Below are positions 33,330 through 46,102 of a stretch of DNA of 51,006 nucleotides, in pieces. The position numbers were made by a program, and so were the translations under genes. Within the stretch, counting starts at the first letter, position 1; each line of letters begins with the position of its first letter. This stretch comes from Trypethelium eluteriae (taxonomy: Eukaryota), in NCBI GenBank assembly GCA_051942245.1, contig JAVECL010000113.1:1-51006 (forward strand). The letters are read 5' to 3'. The notes under the pieces were generated by a model. That model was given only the letters and a program-made list of their open reading frames with translations, was not told the DNA's origin and did no database searches.

Positions 33330-36018
33330 GGGAAGTGACCGACGCAGCTTTTCTTGGTGGTGCGGGCCACGAGAAATGATTCTATGACCAAGGAAAAGCC
33401 TCATATACACTGGAGAGAGACGGTACGATCAATTTTATTCTACTGAGGGTTACCGAACTTGAGAATCTCAGACTAGGGGCAGCTTCACAGGCGATTTACG
33501 GAGTTTCGAAAGACGGAGTCAGGTGGAGTTAGGGATTTATGGGACCAGAATTGGGGTTTGGATGGGCTCGATCATTGAGCAACAGGAAATTTTCTGGCCG
33601 GGAGGCGTCTCAGACACTGTTACGATTTCCAATTCTCTTGTACTATGCCTTACGTGTTTTCTTAAGGATGAATTCAATCTAGATGAATGAATGTATCCCA
33701 TATTACAAACTTCTGTGCCAATGGTCTCTGCACCGAGTAAACATTAACTTCATGCGGTAGTGCTTTCAGCGAATGAGCCGCACTTCAAAGGTACCAAATA
33801 TACATCCGCACTGACCAAACTCAATCGTTCCTTCCACCCGCACGCCTGTTCCTGCGGAGGGGAGCCTCCTCGACTGCTCGCCTTATTTCCCGTCTGGCTG
33901 AGCCTCCTTGTTGGGGTTAGGAACAGCCGAGGGATCCGCAACTGGCGTGCAGGCAGTCTGGTATCTGCTCCTACTCACACATCTCGGCACAACAGCTGCA
34001 CAGCAAGCGATAGCGACACATGGTTCCTATCGCTTCGCGATAAGATTGTTGCTCTCCCTACCCGAGCTCCACCGAGTTAGCTTATCAACTTGCAGCCGGC
34101 ACTCGGTCCTCTCTATGTCTTGCAGTCAGCCATGCGGTTGTAGGTAGATCACGGCGCATAGTCCACCTCCGCTCTGCTGTGCTTTGCAGGAGGGCCACCT
34201 GAAGACTTCTACGCCTCAATTGTTTGCCCTAAAGCATAAGCTGCATCCCTACTATGCCTTCCCGAGACGGCCCAGCGTTTTGCGGCGTTCTCATCCGAAA
34301 TATGTGCTCCCTGCGCCGCGATTCGCTGTTCGCCGTCGCCGCTGCTATCGCAAATGGCGGAGGGGAAGGGGAATGCGCATGGAGGGGTTCATCGGATTTC
34401 TCAATTGCTTCACATTTGGAGGTGAAAGGGGGAGGCGCGGTCATGGCACAGGTTTTGGACGAACCCCCTCCAAACCACGAAAACCATACCCCCTGGTCGG
34501 GTCGAACGCCGTACGTCCGAGGCACGGAAAACGTCTCTTGGCAGTCATCGTCCAAGCAGTGCATGCCGAATTGATGCTCGTCGTCAAATATCAGAGACAG
34601 CACTGTTGTTGTAGGTGTTGGATTTTGGATGGCAGGTGACTGCGCAGCTCCCTGGGGAGTGGGGTTGCGGGGCACAGCATAAAGCACCGAAAGGGCACGG
34701 GAAACAAGAATAACCATAACGGGCGGGCGAGACGGGACAGCCGCGGAGCGCTGCAGCGAGCCGATGTAAGTCGTTGAGTGTCCAGTCCAGACCAAGCGTC
34801 CGGAGCTGTGTTCGTGTGTGCTGAGAAAGGCACGAAGAGAGGTTCGGAGAGACGCGTCGAGCAAAATGTCCGAGGTTGGGCGTTGGTTTCAGAAAACGAA
34901 ACACGACGTTGAAGAGTGGTGGGCTATCCGGAGATGGGAAGGGTTCGGTACCGGCCGCCCTGAAGCGTGAGCCGCCCTTATTCACAAGGATTCTGGAGCG
35001 ACAGGATCTTTGGCGTCGCCGCCTCCTTTTTTGGGACAGATTGTTTATAGCAAAAGGCGGCGTCCTGCCCTGTTGGCCTGTGGAGACCTGGAGGATAAGA
35101 TACCTGGGACCCTAATGCTTTCGTGCATTCCTGTGAGAGAGTTATGAAAGCACAATGCAGCCCCTCTCATCACTCCCAAAGGAATGATATGCTCGCTAGG
35201 TAGTTTCAATTGCCCATCAGAGGGAGTCTGCCTTGAGTAGCGTCTTTCCTGACGGCTTCTAGTCCTCAATGAATCCGGTCAGACGGATGTCAAAAGCTTT
35301 TTGATTTTGTTCTCTCGGCAGAATCATGCGCAACACGGTGGTGGGAGGACAATTAATCACTAACCGTCTTGCGCAGGTGTTTCTCTTTTTCCCCACTGCA
35401 GGGTGGGCAGACTGTCGGCTAATGCAAGTCATTCTTCGAATAACAGATGAGGCTAACACTGATCAAGTAGCTCATTGAAGATTGTCGCAAGGATTGTGAT
35501 TGGAACGACCGAGATTTCGCGTCCCTCTTTACTCGGGGCCTTAACTAGTTGGATAATAAGGTGAGAACTTGGAAGACAGTACTAGGTACTAGGTAGATTA
35601 GTAAACCCCGCGTAAAGATACCTGTCCGATTCTCAAACATTAATAGCAAAATCGACAGGATCACTAGAGAAGTCGTGGTATCTTACTACATTACAAATAT
35701 TCCCAGCATAGAGTCCGCGATTGTGATTCGCCTTGTTTTTGGTCTCCATCAATGAGAAGGCATTTCTCAAATTCAATGATCGACTGTTGTGCTCATCACT
35801 TCCTGTACCAAACACCAACTGAGACATCGGGGTCTTGATCATCTTTACACAACTGCCGAATAGTCATTTTCGCAAGTTGACAGAGGTTAATACACGCTAA
35901 CCAGATCTACTGTATTTTGTGAGTAGAAAGTGTGCTTCTGTCAAGCTCATGCTCAAAGCACGCTACTTTTCAAGACAACTAATCCTGTATCAGAGAAACG
36001 TCCCACCGCTCCTGCTGA

Positions 36019-39000
36019 CTACAACCCAGCTTCCTGACCCGCTCGTGCCAAATCATCAAAAAGTCTCGAAGGCATCCTATACCTAATGAGGCCAGCAAAC
36101 ACCATCGCATCCTTAGCATTCCAATTACAGCGCTCCATCACTTCCCGCCGTTCCGCCGTCTCAAAGCCAGTATTGGCAAGCATGTCCCGCTGACGCCCAC
36201 TGGCTCGTATCGTCCAGAGAAGCAAATGCCCAATGTTGCGCGCGATCACGGGCTCTAGAGTATGGAAGGCTTGCGAGCGTTCGCGGATCACCTGCACGTT
36301 CCCTTGCGTGTCGATCGGTACGAGATGGAGTGCCTTGATGTTGTCGATTGCGGGTGCCCACTGCCCACTTTCCACCAGCTTCTTCGCTTCTTGCATCTTG
36401 AGGAGTATTCCACAAGCTTCTCGTTTCGAAACATTGATCTTGTTCAGAATAAGGGCGTTCCTGCTGTATGTTTCGCTCATTATTCTTGCCAGCTCAGCTG
36501 GATCATCAATAACGCCGAGGCTGAGGCTATCCGAGACGGGCCCTTGCTGGCTAGCTGGCTGAGCGTCTTGCTGAGTACGCGGTCTCAATGGCTCAAGCCG
36601 CAGCGGTTCCTGGCCGAGATCAACAGAAATGGACTCCGAAAGCGCTCGGTTGACAATGTCAATGACCTTTTCGTACTCCTCAGCAAGGTGATACAAGAGC
36701 ACGGCATCCGTCGTTCTACCGCTGTCGTCTGCCATCGATGCCGCCTGGATTGTGACCAACTTGAGATATGCGTTCTGGTCATCGAGACGAATAAGCTTGA
36801 GCCTCTGTTCGATGGCGCCTTTGATCCGCTGGCCGTCTGATCGAACATCGCCAAGAAGCTCGGCATAGTCTCTTGTTTCAAGGACAAGCTCCCGCAATGC
36901 CTCGTGAGAAAGTCGCACCTGAGCTTGTCCTAATTCCCCCGTAAGGTCTGCATTCAAGCAAATGAGAATGAGGTAATCCGCAGCAGTGACAGCCCTGCCA
37001 GTGCGGAAATCGCGAGTGTAGGATCCAAGCATATAACCGAAGTTGAGTTGCGGCTGTTCCCTTGTCGTGAAAGACAAGAGTTCAGGGGCCGTGAAATGGT
37101 TGGATACCCGTAGAAGCCCGTAGAAGTCCAGAGCGATCGCGAAGTGCACCGCAGCAATGTAGTTGTAGCCATAGAGGAAGAAGACCGCCTGCTCGAACAT
37201 GCCGGCCAAGATCTGGAGCATGAAATAGGTCATAACAGTTTCCATGCTATCCGGTGGTGAGAAGTGTCGTTGACCGAGTTCTCTAAAACTTTCCCGAAGC
37301 TCCTGGAGACCAAAGACTTCGCCAGCAGTCTCTTCGACACGATTGACCTCTCTTGCCATAGATATCTGCAGCCAAGTCCAAGTGTCCAAGTCCTGATTGA
37401 TACCATCGATGGATCTTCGGCTGAGATCGCAGCGGCCAAGTATTTTGAAGCAAGCCATACGGTACGGATCAAGCGAATTCTCCGGAGCCGCGCGGACTCG
37501 CTGCTGATATTCTGCTGTAATTCGAGTCTGCAGCTCTGGGCTTAGACGTCTGTTCGAATCATGTGCGAAACTGTTCATGTACTGCGGGAAGCTACGGTCC
37601 ATGCTCTTGATGGCGCGCTCATTGTCCGAAACGTATTGCGCAGCTTCCTGTACGAAGCCACATCTTAGTAGATACCAAATTGTCACCCAGCAGTAGTCCT
37701 CGTGGATCATTTGCAGCTCCACGTTCTCAGGTCCTAGCTCTTTGTGCGAAGCTCGAAGTCTAATGTATGCGCGGACTTTGTTCAACGTGCTTGGGACACC
37801 GCCAAGGTTTGCCTCTCTCGGATTTCGCGCAATGGCTGCTTCCAACTCTCTCCAGAACTTCTTTTCGAGGAACCTTTGCGAGCCCTCAAGTATCCTTCTG
37901 CGGACCGAAACACTTCGAGGAGACATCTGAGATTCATCCAAGTACTGAGCCGCGTATTGTCGTTCCTTCACAGCCCCCGGGTCGGAAGGTCTTTGCACAT
38001 TCCCATTTTCTTGTATGATTTCACGAATCACTTCGTATGCTTCCACTAGTTTACCAGCATTCTGCAAGAAGTATGTCAGTCAAAGCCATCTTCGACTGGA
38101 GTAATGGACTCACATCACTTGCTACTTGACCTTCTACCTCAGCAAAGCGCTCCACCACTGGATAGACAACTTCTTCCAGCCGTGCTGCATTGAGTTCCTT
38201 CACTTTTTCTGCGTACCTCTCTTGCCTTTCTCGATCAAAGCGTGTGTCAGGAGCTGGCAGTCCAGGACCGGAAGCCGCTTTCTCAGCCACATCAGTAAAG
38301 ACAGTCGTCCGAGCATCGGCGTTCGTTCCTGTAGGCCCAAGTATAGATCTGTTCATACTAGATTTTCCAAATGACGCTTGAGCGGAAGCACCAAATCCGC
38401 GACTTTTGCGAGGAGATCGGCCGAAACTACCATTTTCACGCAACGATTGATTTGGAGCTCCTGCCACGGTATCGTTACTAGTCTCCTCGGGTTTTGCAAG
38501 TCCAAAGTGCTCGTATATCCGTCTCCTTTGCGCGTCCCATTCCATTTGAACATTCTCCTCCAGAAAGGTATCGAAGTCACGCTTCGACTCTTCTAGGCCT
38601 TGCGCGATGAGATCAAGAGTAGACTGGGCTTGAATATTGCTGACGTAGTCCTCTATACTAGTATCGGGCGCTGAAGCTGCTCCGGCTACCGCGGTAGTCT
38701 GTGCACTGAAGCTGTTGAGATCCCGAAGGGCTGAACCTGTAGATACTCCGGAGGCGGCGAGCAGGTAGTGCCTAGAGTTCTGATGAGTCTATGAATTGAC
38801 TCAAGAATGTCCTGGATACAACTTACGCCCTACTGCTGTCACTTGCCCGCGCCTGCGGAGCAGACGGACCTCCATTGCCCAAGTTCCTTACTTTCCGTGC
38901 GATATCGCCTAGACCGAGCTGCAAGCTAGGCATATCGCCCAATTGAGCCCCTCCATTCTCTTGTGTGGTCCTCTTTTTGCCGCGCTCGAGCAAATGATCG

Positions 39001-39563
39001 AAATAGGCCGGCTGTGAGGGCGCAGCAAGACCTTGTGATTGCTGTGCGCCCTGAGGATGCGTTTGCGTCTGAGCTTGTTGCGCCTGAGAGTCTCCCACTA
39101 AGGTTGATCCACCGAAGAGACTACCAGCCTGTGGCTTTTGCGCCTGCGTGGTATTGAGGCTTCCAAACAAACTGCCGGCGTTTGATGTCTGTGCTGCTGG
39201 CTGAGAGGTGGCTCCCAAGCTTCCAAAAAGACTGCCTGAAGTTTTTGCAGCTTGATTATTGCCCAGATTTCCGAACAAACCGGTCGACGAAGTAGTTTGC
39301 GATTGTTGTGGCTGACTAGTGCTTGTGCTGCCGAAAAGACCGCCTGACTGCTGTGGCTGCGAAGAGGTGCTGATGCGATCAAACAGACTCCCACCAGAGC
39401 TTGCTTGTGGTTGCGAAATACCGAAGAGATTTGATCCTGATGATGGTTGCGAGGCGCCTAGATTGGCAAATAAGCCAGATGACTGCTGAGCTTGAGATGT
39501 ACTTCCAGAACCAGGGGCTTGTGACGCAGGTTTATTCTGCCCAAGATTTGCGAATAGAGACAT
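36019..39563 (-). CDS. NIC96: Nucleoporin Nic96/Nup93 with N-terminal SLFG/GLFG low-complexity extension (~1145 aa, 3 exons)
   Basis: MPSLQLGLGDIARK, AHYLLAASGV, EWDAQRRRIYEHFG, WYLLRCG, DPYRMACFKILGRCDL, AVHFAIALDFYGLL, LRELVLETRDYAELLGD, FAGLIRYRMP. Introns 38772-38826 and 38062-38113. Confidence 0.95.
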
Positions 39564-40798
39564 TATGCGACAACGAGAGAGAGGTAAGGAGTAGAATTTC
39601 ACTGTGGGTTGCGGGATAAACCACTCCGCTGGTCATGCGCAGCTTCAGTCGGAGACGAGAGGACGCGTGTGTTTGGAAGACGCGATTGTTTTGAGATGCG
39701 GAAGCTGCGAGGCTTGGCCGGACTTTGGTGAGAGGGAAATTCCTCTCAACCCGCCCAGACTCGACTTACTCTACCAACTTCGCTATAATCTCGCCGCATT
39801 GGTTCCAAGACCCAAGTCTCCAACGTCACAGTACGATATGGAATATCAGCCGAATAGCGCTTACATATCAATAATGATTCAATTCAATTCAGTACTCGGC
39901 TATTGCTTGGTACGATAGTCCATATTTCTATTACATTATTACGGTGTTCACTTGACGATCCTGATCTAGCAATCCCTTGAATATATGAATATTTGTATGG
40001 TAGGACTGTGACACTCTAGCTTCTGAGTATAATATCTATCTCTTATTTAGATCTCACCAAAGTATCGAGCGCCACTGTAAATGCTTCTGTCGTACTAGAT
40101 TTTCCCACTAGCCGGATAAGCATTTACAGCCAGTCTGACTTTCTCAGATACTATCGAGAAAGGACTGCTAAGAGAAATCTGCTTGGAGGCTATCGCCATA
40201 TCTTGATGCGCAAATGGACGAATAACAGTGCCGGGTATCCTATGGGCGTAGCCACCAAGAATATGAACCCAAAAGAGTGAGTGAGAGAGAGGGAGAGAGA
40301 ATGAATGGGCATATAGAAAGAAGCGAAGGAGTATGTAAACGGAGTTCGTTAGAGTTCTCCAGGCCGAATCTGAGGATGAAGATGGTCCAAGGAAATTTCG
40401 AGAGAGATTGATCCGTCATCTGGCATCAGCCCCAGCACACGGTTCAGAAAAAAGTTTGCTGCGTCTAGCCATGACTGCCTACACAGTGGAGGGTAAGGTC
40501 TCAGCACGCTATGATGCAAGCTGCTGCAGGTTGTTTGATCAAACAGCAAATCCGCTAGTTTCTCTGGGAGACCTGCCACGCTATCCAAATCGTAATGTAG
40601 AGGCAAGTCAAGGTCACGAAAAGTTTGGTTTCGAGCTGCTTATATGTCAGCGTTTCTCTTCCTTGCTCGTCAAGAGTATCCCTCGTCAAGGAAGTCGAAC
40701 CTTCGAAAGTGTTGTTAGCTATCAAATCTAAAAATTGAGATTCGAGGTTCAGTGCAGGCCTTGCATTCGACACCTTCGTCTCTTCCTTGGAACACTAG

Positions 40799-41329
40799 AT
40801 GGCTCACTTTCCAGTCCTCCAGCCGTGGGAGCCTCCACACGTGTACCATGATGGAAATAGCTGGGTGCGGGAAGGTCCTTTGGGTCCAACGCCCATTCAT
40901 AACTTCAAACCAAAATACGAATGGGTCTGGCCCAAAGACGGAAAACGAGGCTCCAAGTTTGGGAGGATGGCAGATATATTGCAAAGGAAGGGACCAGGAA
41001 TATTCATTGCAGCCCATGGTGATAAAAGGGACAAGCAGTGGCATCGGCCTTCGAGGGAGGAATGGTCGAATTGGAATTATCTCGACCCTTGGTTTCCGAA
41101 ACCAAATTACTTCAATCCGACCAACTTCCACCAGAACCCATACAAAGTGTACGACTTCCGCCAACGACGGTACAAATATCCGAGGTTCAATCATTGGACG
41201 GATGTCAGATGGAGACCAGGAGCACGTGAGAGAGACAGAAACCCTCGAGCGAAGCGAGACGTTTTTGGACAATGGTACGAACAGATTGGGGGGTGGGGTG
41301 GGCAAGGCCCAAATCCATGGTGGTTTTGA
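40799..41329 (+). CDS. Hypothetical Trp/Pro/Arg-rich protein (176 aa)
   Basis: ATG-initiated intronless ORF with distinctive composition (14 Trp, no Cys); no domain recognised. Confidence 0.55.
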   Translation: MAHFPVLQPWEPPHVYHDGNSWVREGPLGPTPIHNFKPKYEWVWPKDGKRGSKFGRMADILQRKGPGIFIAAHGDKRDKQWHRPSREEWSNWNYLDPWFPKPNYFNPTNFHQNPYKVYDFRQRRYKYPRFNHWTDVRWRPGARERDRNPRAKRDVFGQWYEQIGGWGGQGPNPWWF

Positions 41330-41346
41330 GATTAACTAAGGTAACA

Positions 41347-42308
41347 TCATCGGAGGCACCCTTCATGAAAGGCTTCCCAAACATCTTGTGATTTTCCGTC
41401 CTCAGTCTTGACGGTCTTGCTCCTCCGTGCCGGAGCGGTCTGCATTGTCTTATCTACCATCTTCCCACATGTCATACAGGGGGCTCGGCGAGCGTCCTTG
41501 TAAGCCGCAATCATTTCCTATAGAGTTAGCTACATCAATGGACATCAGCTGAAGGAGATCTACCAGTGTGTAATTCAGATCGTTTCCATTTGGTCGGCTT
41601 GCGAGACAGCGGGTAATCGCGAGATAGAGCGTCATACTACCCAAACACTCCACGTCCCATCGTGGCCCTTCGTTTTGTGGCCTTTCTCTTTTCTTGATGG
41701 TGAATGAGATGGGCCCTAGAGGTGCTGGGACGGCTATCTGTATCTTTTGCTCACTTATGTAAGAATCAATGTGGCATTCGGGATGCCTCTGTTGAAAAGC
41801 CTTGACCACGGATTCTGTGTCTTCTGTCTGGGACCCAGGTGAACCATTTGAGTCACCATTTACCTCCTCCTGCTTATCAGTCCCTCTATTGATCGGATCA
41901 TGGTCATCATTCCATCCATATTTGGGCAGTCTGACTCCGTTGGGACGGGTTTGACCCTGCTTCCTACTCAGCGATGTATATTCCAAAGCTTCTGCGATCG
42001 GTCCGCTATGCCAAGTGGCTCGAAAGCGATCATGACGCGAATGCTCGCTTTGTGCAGCCTCCTTAAAGCGGCGAAAATGCTCCTGAGCATTTATACCTGT
42101 GGTTGTGAGAGGCTCGATAATGGCTGGTATGGATAGGCGCAGTTCGTCCAGCTAATGTCCCCAGAACGGTCAGCCAATAAGCAGTAAAAAAAGCAAGCGG
42201 CTCGGAATCTACCTGATCGCGCAGCTGCTCTAGCCTTCCGAGGGCGGCATGACATTGGTCTTCATCCCAGAGAGCAAATTCAGACAGCTTCGATTCCGTA
42301 GACGCCAT
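41347..42308 (-). CDS. MED27: Mediator complex subunit Med27 (fungal)
   Basis: N-terminal ALGRLEQLRDQ|LDELRLSIPAIIEPL; C-terminal MIAAYKD..APCMTCGK...APARR...WEAFHEGCL Zn-site pattern. Introns near 42152-42212 and 41518-41563. Confidence 0.8.
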
Positions 42309-43239
42309 GGTAGATTTGAAAGTATTAACGATGGATTAAGGATAATGACTACTGCTCAGGTAGGGCCAAATGGGGGACCATTCGTAGCTTGTAAGAGTGG
42401 GAGATCTTGAGGACTCGAGTCTTAGGTAAGTAGGCAACTAAATAAGGTATGTGATGGGTGCTAAGGTACTGATGTGGTGGCACTGGTGGGTGCGGTCATC
42501 TTCGGTACCCAATGCCCAACGCGAAGAATCCTACTCTGTACCTAAGATTCACAGATAGCAATAAAGTGTATCGCCTTTGGATGTCATTTAACAATTCCAA
42601 TCACCGACCTCCGCCCACTCGCTGTCCCCGGCCGTGTGTGCAGTGATGCTCATCTTTACACAATGACTGTGAGAAACGAGGGCAACTTGGCGACTTAGAC
42701 CATGCAAGATGCCATCAGCTATCCTGGACTTTGCACAATGCCCTGACCAATATGCCCTGAATGCAATCTACAGAAGAGCCGCAATCGGGATTCTTTTGTC
42801 GCACGTGTACGGTAATTTGAGAAAACACCGCAAGCGTTCGAGTTAAAAAAGAATGGTATATGAACAGTGGACACCGTTTGGGAAGCCATAATCGATTTTA
42901 AAAGCCCCCAATGGCCCGCTGATGTATTCTGAACAATCCATCTTGCATATCGCGATAATGTTTTTTTTAAATGTATTCTCCACGTTACTGGCACTGCTAA
43001 GGAATACATCTGTTAAGAATGTCGTTGACCCGCAGTCTGCTGTAGCTGATTCAACCTGAAGGAGACTGGAATGAGCGGTACAAAGTAGATGAAATGGGGA
43101 AGCAAGCAGAGACGGCGTAGTATTCAACTAGCAGAGCTTTTAGAAGGAAGGTTCTGTATGCTTTAAGTAGCTATTCCGAGTCAGATTTGACTTATCGTCC
43201 TGCATAAGATATTTTGCACGGTGCTTCACAAGACAGCCA

Positions 43240-44395
43240 TCAACGTCCATAGCTCCTGTTTCCTATCAGACTGTCGGAAACCAAGCCACGCTCCTCCCTG
43301 TCCCTACGATAATCTCTTCTGTCATACCATTCCCGACCGCTACCAAATCCGTACCGACCATCTTGTATGTCATAGCGTCGGTTGGGACGGTCATAGCGAT
43401 CTCGGTTGGCTCTATCACTGGCTGGGCCGGTGGGAATGCGTTCATCCACATCCATGACATCTCTTTCTACCACAGGAAGCGGATCATCTTGACGAGCTCG
43501 AGTAGTCGGAATTGCCGGTGATGGCCCACCAGCTTTCATGTAGACATGAAGTAACCGACCGTCCGCCTGAAAGAGGGTCGCTTAGTTTTTATGCATTGGG
43601 GATGTTTCCAATTGAAAAGCCTACCTTCTTATTGTTGAATGTCGAAATGATGTTTTCGGCACCAACTTTGTCGGCAAATTGCATTTCTGCCATGACCGTA
43701 GGGGAAGAGCTAATGAGTCTGCAGCTCAGCATCTCTCCTCCAACTGCGGCCATGACCGACTCGATATCTGCAGCTGTAGTCCCAGGTGCGAAATTGCTTG
43801 CTACAACAATATATGGACCCGCCATGCCTTTGATGTGTATGTTGTCACTCTTCCCATTGCCAACAATGTTTAGCTGACTAGCTTCCTCGTCTTTGGAGAG
43901 CTCGGACTGGAGGTTTGAGTATGCGCGGTTACCTCGGTCCAGTCTCGATGATGACTGCGAACGTGGAAAAGGCGGGAAACGACCAAGCCTTGGGTTGGCA
44001 GATTGATGTAAGTCGTGGCCCCATCTACCATTGACACCAGGCTTCGCTATACTGGCAGAGGATGAGCGCTGCTCACCCAAAATCCAAATTAGCATTTGAC
44101 CGGAAGGTCGTTGGGTTTGAAAGGTGGATTGGATATGTATACCTTAACTATCCCGCCTCGACTAGCGACTGTAGAAGCCGGGCCCGTTGGAATATTCCGG
44201 TTCGCTTTGGTACTGGCAGCCGTGGCATTTGATTTTCTTCCCTTCCCTAATATTTCATCGGCCATGGCCTGAAACTTCCTCTTTCTCCGGCCTGGATACT
44301 TTGTGTCAGAGGTAGTTGAGGGAAAAGCTTAAGCATGGTAACTTACCTTCTTGAATGATCTCGTCAAATGAGATAGTCTCTTTAGGATTCACCAT
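43240..44395 (-). CDS. RRM-domain RNA-binding protein with WxHD motif and RD/RG-rich tail (4 exons)
   Basis: MVNPKETISFDEIIQE|..|RWGHDLH..GPYIVVASNFAPGTTAADIESVM..AENIISTFNNKK|ADGRLLHVYMK. Introns at about 44292-44346, 44069-44142 and 43567-43623. Confidence 0.82.
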
Positions 44396-45181
44396 GGTTG
44401 CCTTATTTGCAGATTTTACCTTGAGATGTGGGTTCAATATCGCAAGAGTGATAGGCCACCGTAGCAATCAATGCAAGATAACTGATCGGAAGGACGCAGC
44501 ACCAGATGTGGAGGATGTTGTGGGTTTCTAGGTACCTTGATAGGGCGGACTCGGTGAAGCGTGAGAACGCGTTCTGAAGAAAGGTCTTTGACGCTTGGAC
44601 CACCCAGAACGCCCACTTTACTTGACAGCTACAGCCTCCCTACCCTACCCCCATCCTGGACTTCCCTAAGGTGGATGGCTGAGAGATATCAAATCTACAA
44701 TAACCGTTGCATTTCTACCGTGTCCACTTTCTTTTGATCACTGAAGGGAATGTTATTCAAACAAGGCCATGATCCTGCATGGAAGATGACCTCATTAAGA
44801 GAGTCCAGGAGCAAAAATCATTGAGATTGGTGTATGGCCATTCCTGTGCTTTAGAATTGTGCTATATATGGCTTCAGAGCTCCAGTATGGACACAGTGAA
44901 GCGTGACAGGTAGATCTCAGAAATGCGTAAAGATTTCAAGGTCTCATGGCAGACTGGAAAGCATTTCATTGAGTGGTACGATAAGCAGGTATCTGATCGC
45001 AGAACACAAAAAACCAGAATTAGAAGAGTAAATTACATCTCCCGCACTTGACCGCTGAAACCTCCATCATCGGTGCCCTCTAACACCTAGTGCCACCTGT
45101 TAATCTTCAGATTTCCAGATGATGGGCCTCATACGTAGCCGGATAGCTGTGCATTGCGGGAACGCCCGAAAGAAGACCTGC

Positions 45182-46102
45182 CTACGACGTAGTGGCAGTA
45201 GCACCGGAATGTTCTACCTCAGCCTTCTCCGCGTCGGTCCCACTTTGCGTATCAGGATTTTTGGCGCAGTTGGTACATGCGCAGGTTCCAGGCGCACAAG
45301 GGCAGTTTGCGGTACTTGACCCACACTCGCAGGTAGTCTTGTTGGTGCCGGGAACTTCATGTAACTGACCCTTTCCGGATTTGAGATTTGCAAGATGACG
45401 AGCTTCATTGTGTACATCCAGGACATTCTTATTACCCTGCTGGTAGAATTGACGAAGGCGTTGACCAGTCGGAGTGCCCATAGCTTTGTCGAAGTAAGAA
45501 GTCATTCCACGCCAAGCAGCGTCTGCTCGTCCAGAGACACCATACTTCGCATCCATGGCTTGAGCAGTCTGCGTAGCCTTGGTACGCTGATCGAAGTTCT
45601 GAAGTGTTTGCATGAATCGAGTCGATATGCCATGTTGATTATCCAAGGAAATTGCCCGTTCAATGGCTTTATCACTGATAACGTAACCGTGAGCAAGATA
45701 CTCGGCAAGTATTCTGGAACGCGGTTTATCCTCTTGCTCGACCTCCTGACCTTCTTTCGACTCATCTGCAGAGCCGGCGACCTTACTGCCAGCAATATCC
45801 TCGAGGCTTGCCGCGCTACTCACATGAACCTGCGCCGGTCCAAGTTGGGTATTGTCCAGGAGAAGAGCCGTCTTAGCGGCAGTCTCCTTCTCAAAGGTAA
45901 CGGAAGCAGATTTGGTAGCGTCCGTAGTGTCAGAGGTAGGTGTCACTGAGAGAGAGGTGATCTTGCCACTAAGGCATTGTCAGTTTTAACTAACACTGAA
46001 GGTAACGCCGAGTGTCGTGACAGACCAGAAGCTGAAGAAGTCCCTTACGTCCTTCTCGCTTGTTTGGGAGGAAATGCCTTTAACATGAACGGTATTGGCC
46101 AT
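45182..46102 (-). CDS. Vip1-like RRM protein with Cys-rich C-terminal tail (~287 aa)
   Basis: MANTVHVKGISSQTSEKDVRDFFSFC|GKITSLSV..VTFEKETAAKTALLLDNTQL..EQEDKPRSRILAEYLAHGY..DVHNEARHLA; intron 45969-46025. Confidence 0.88.

Noticed and set aside
33760..35115. Calling this region telomerase RNA
   Set aside because: No 9-nt or longer template (e.g. TAACCCTAA) on either strand and no identifiable pseudoknot or P6.1; kept only as an unassigned structured-RNA candidate.
1..46102. Metal-homeostasis cluster (Cu-ATPase, GDT1, Cys-tailed Vip1)
   Set aside because: The genes are about 20 kb apart and separated by unrelated housekeeping genes.
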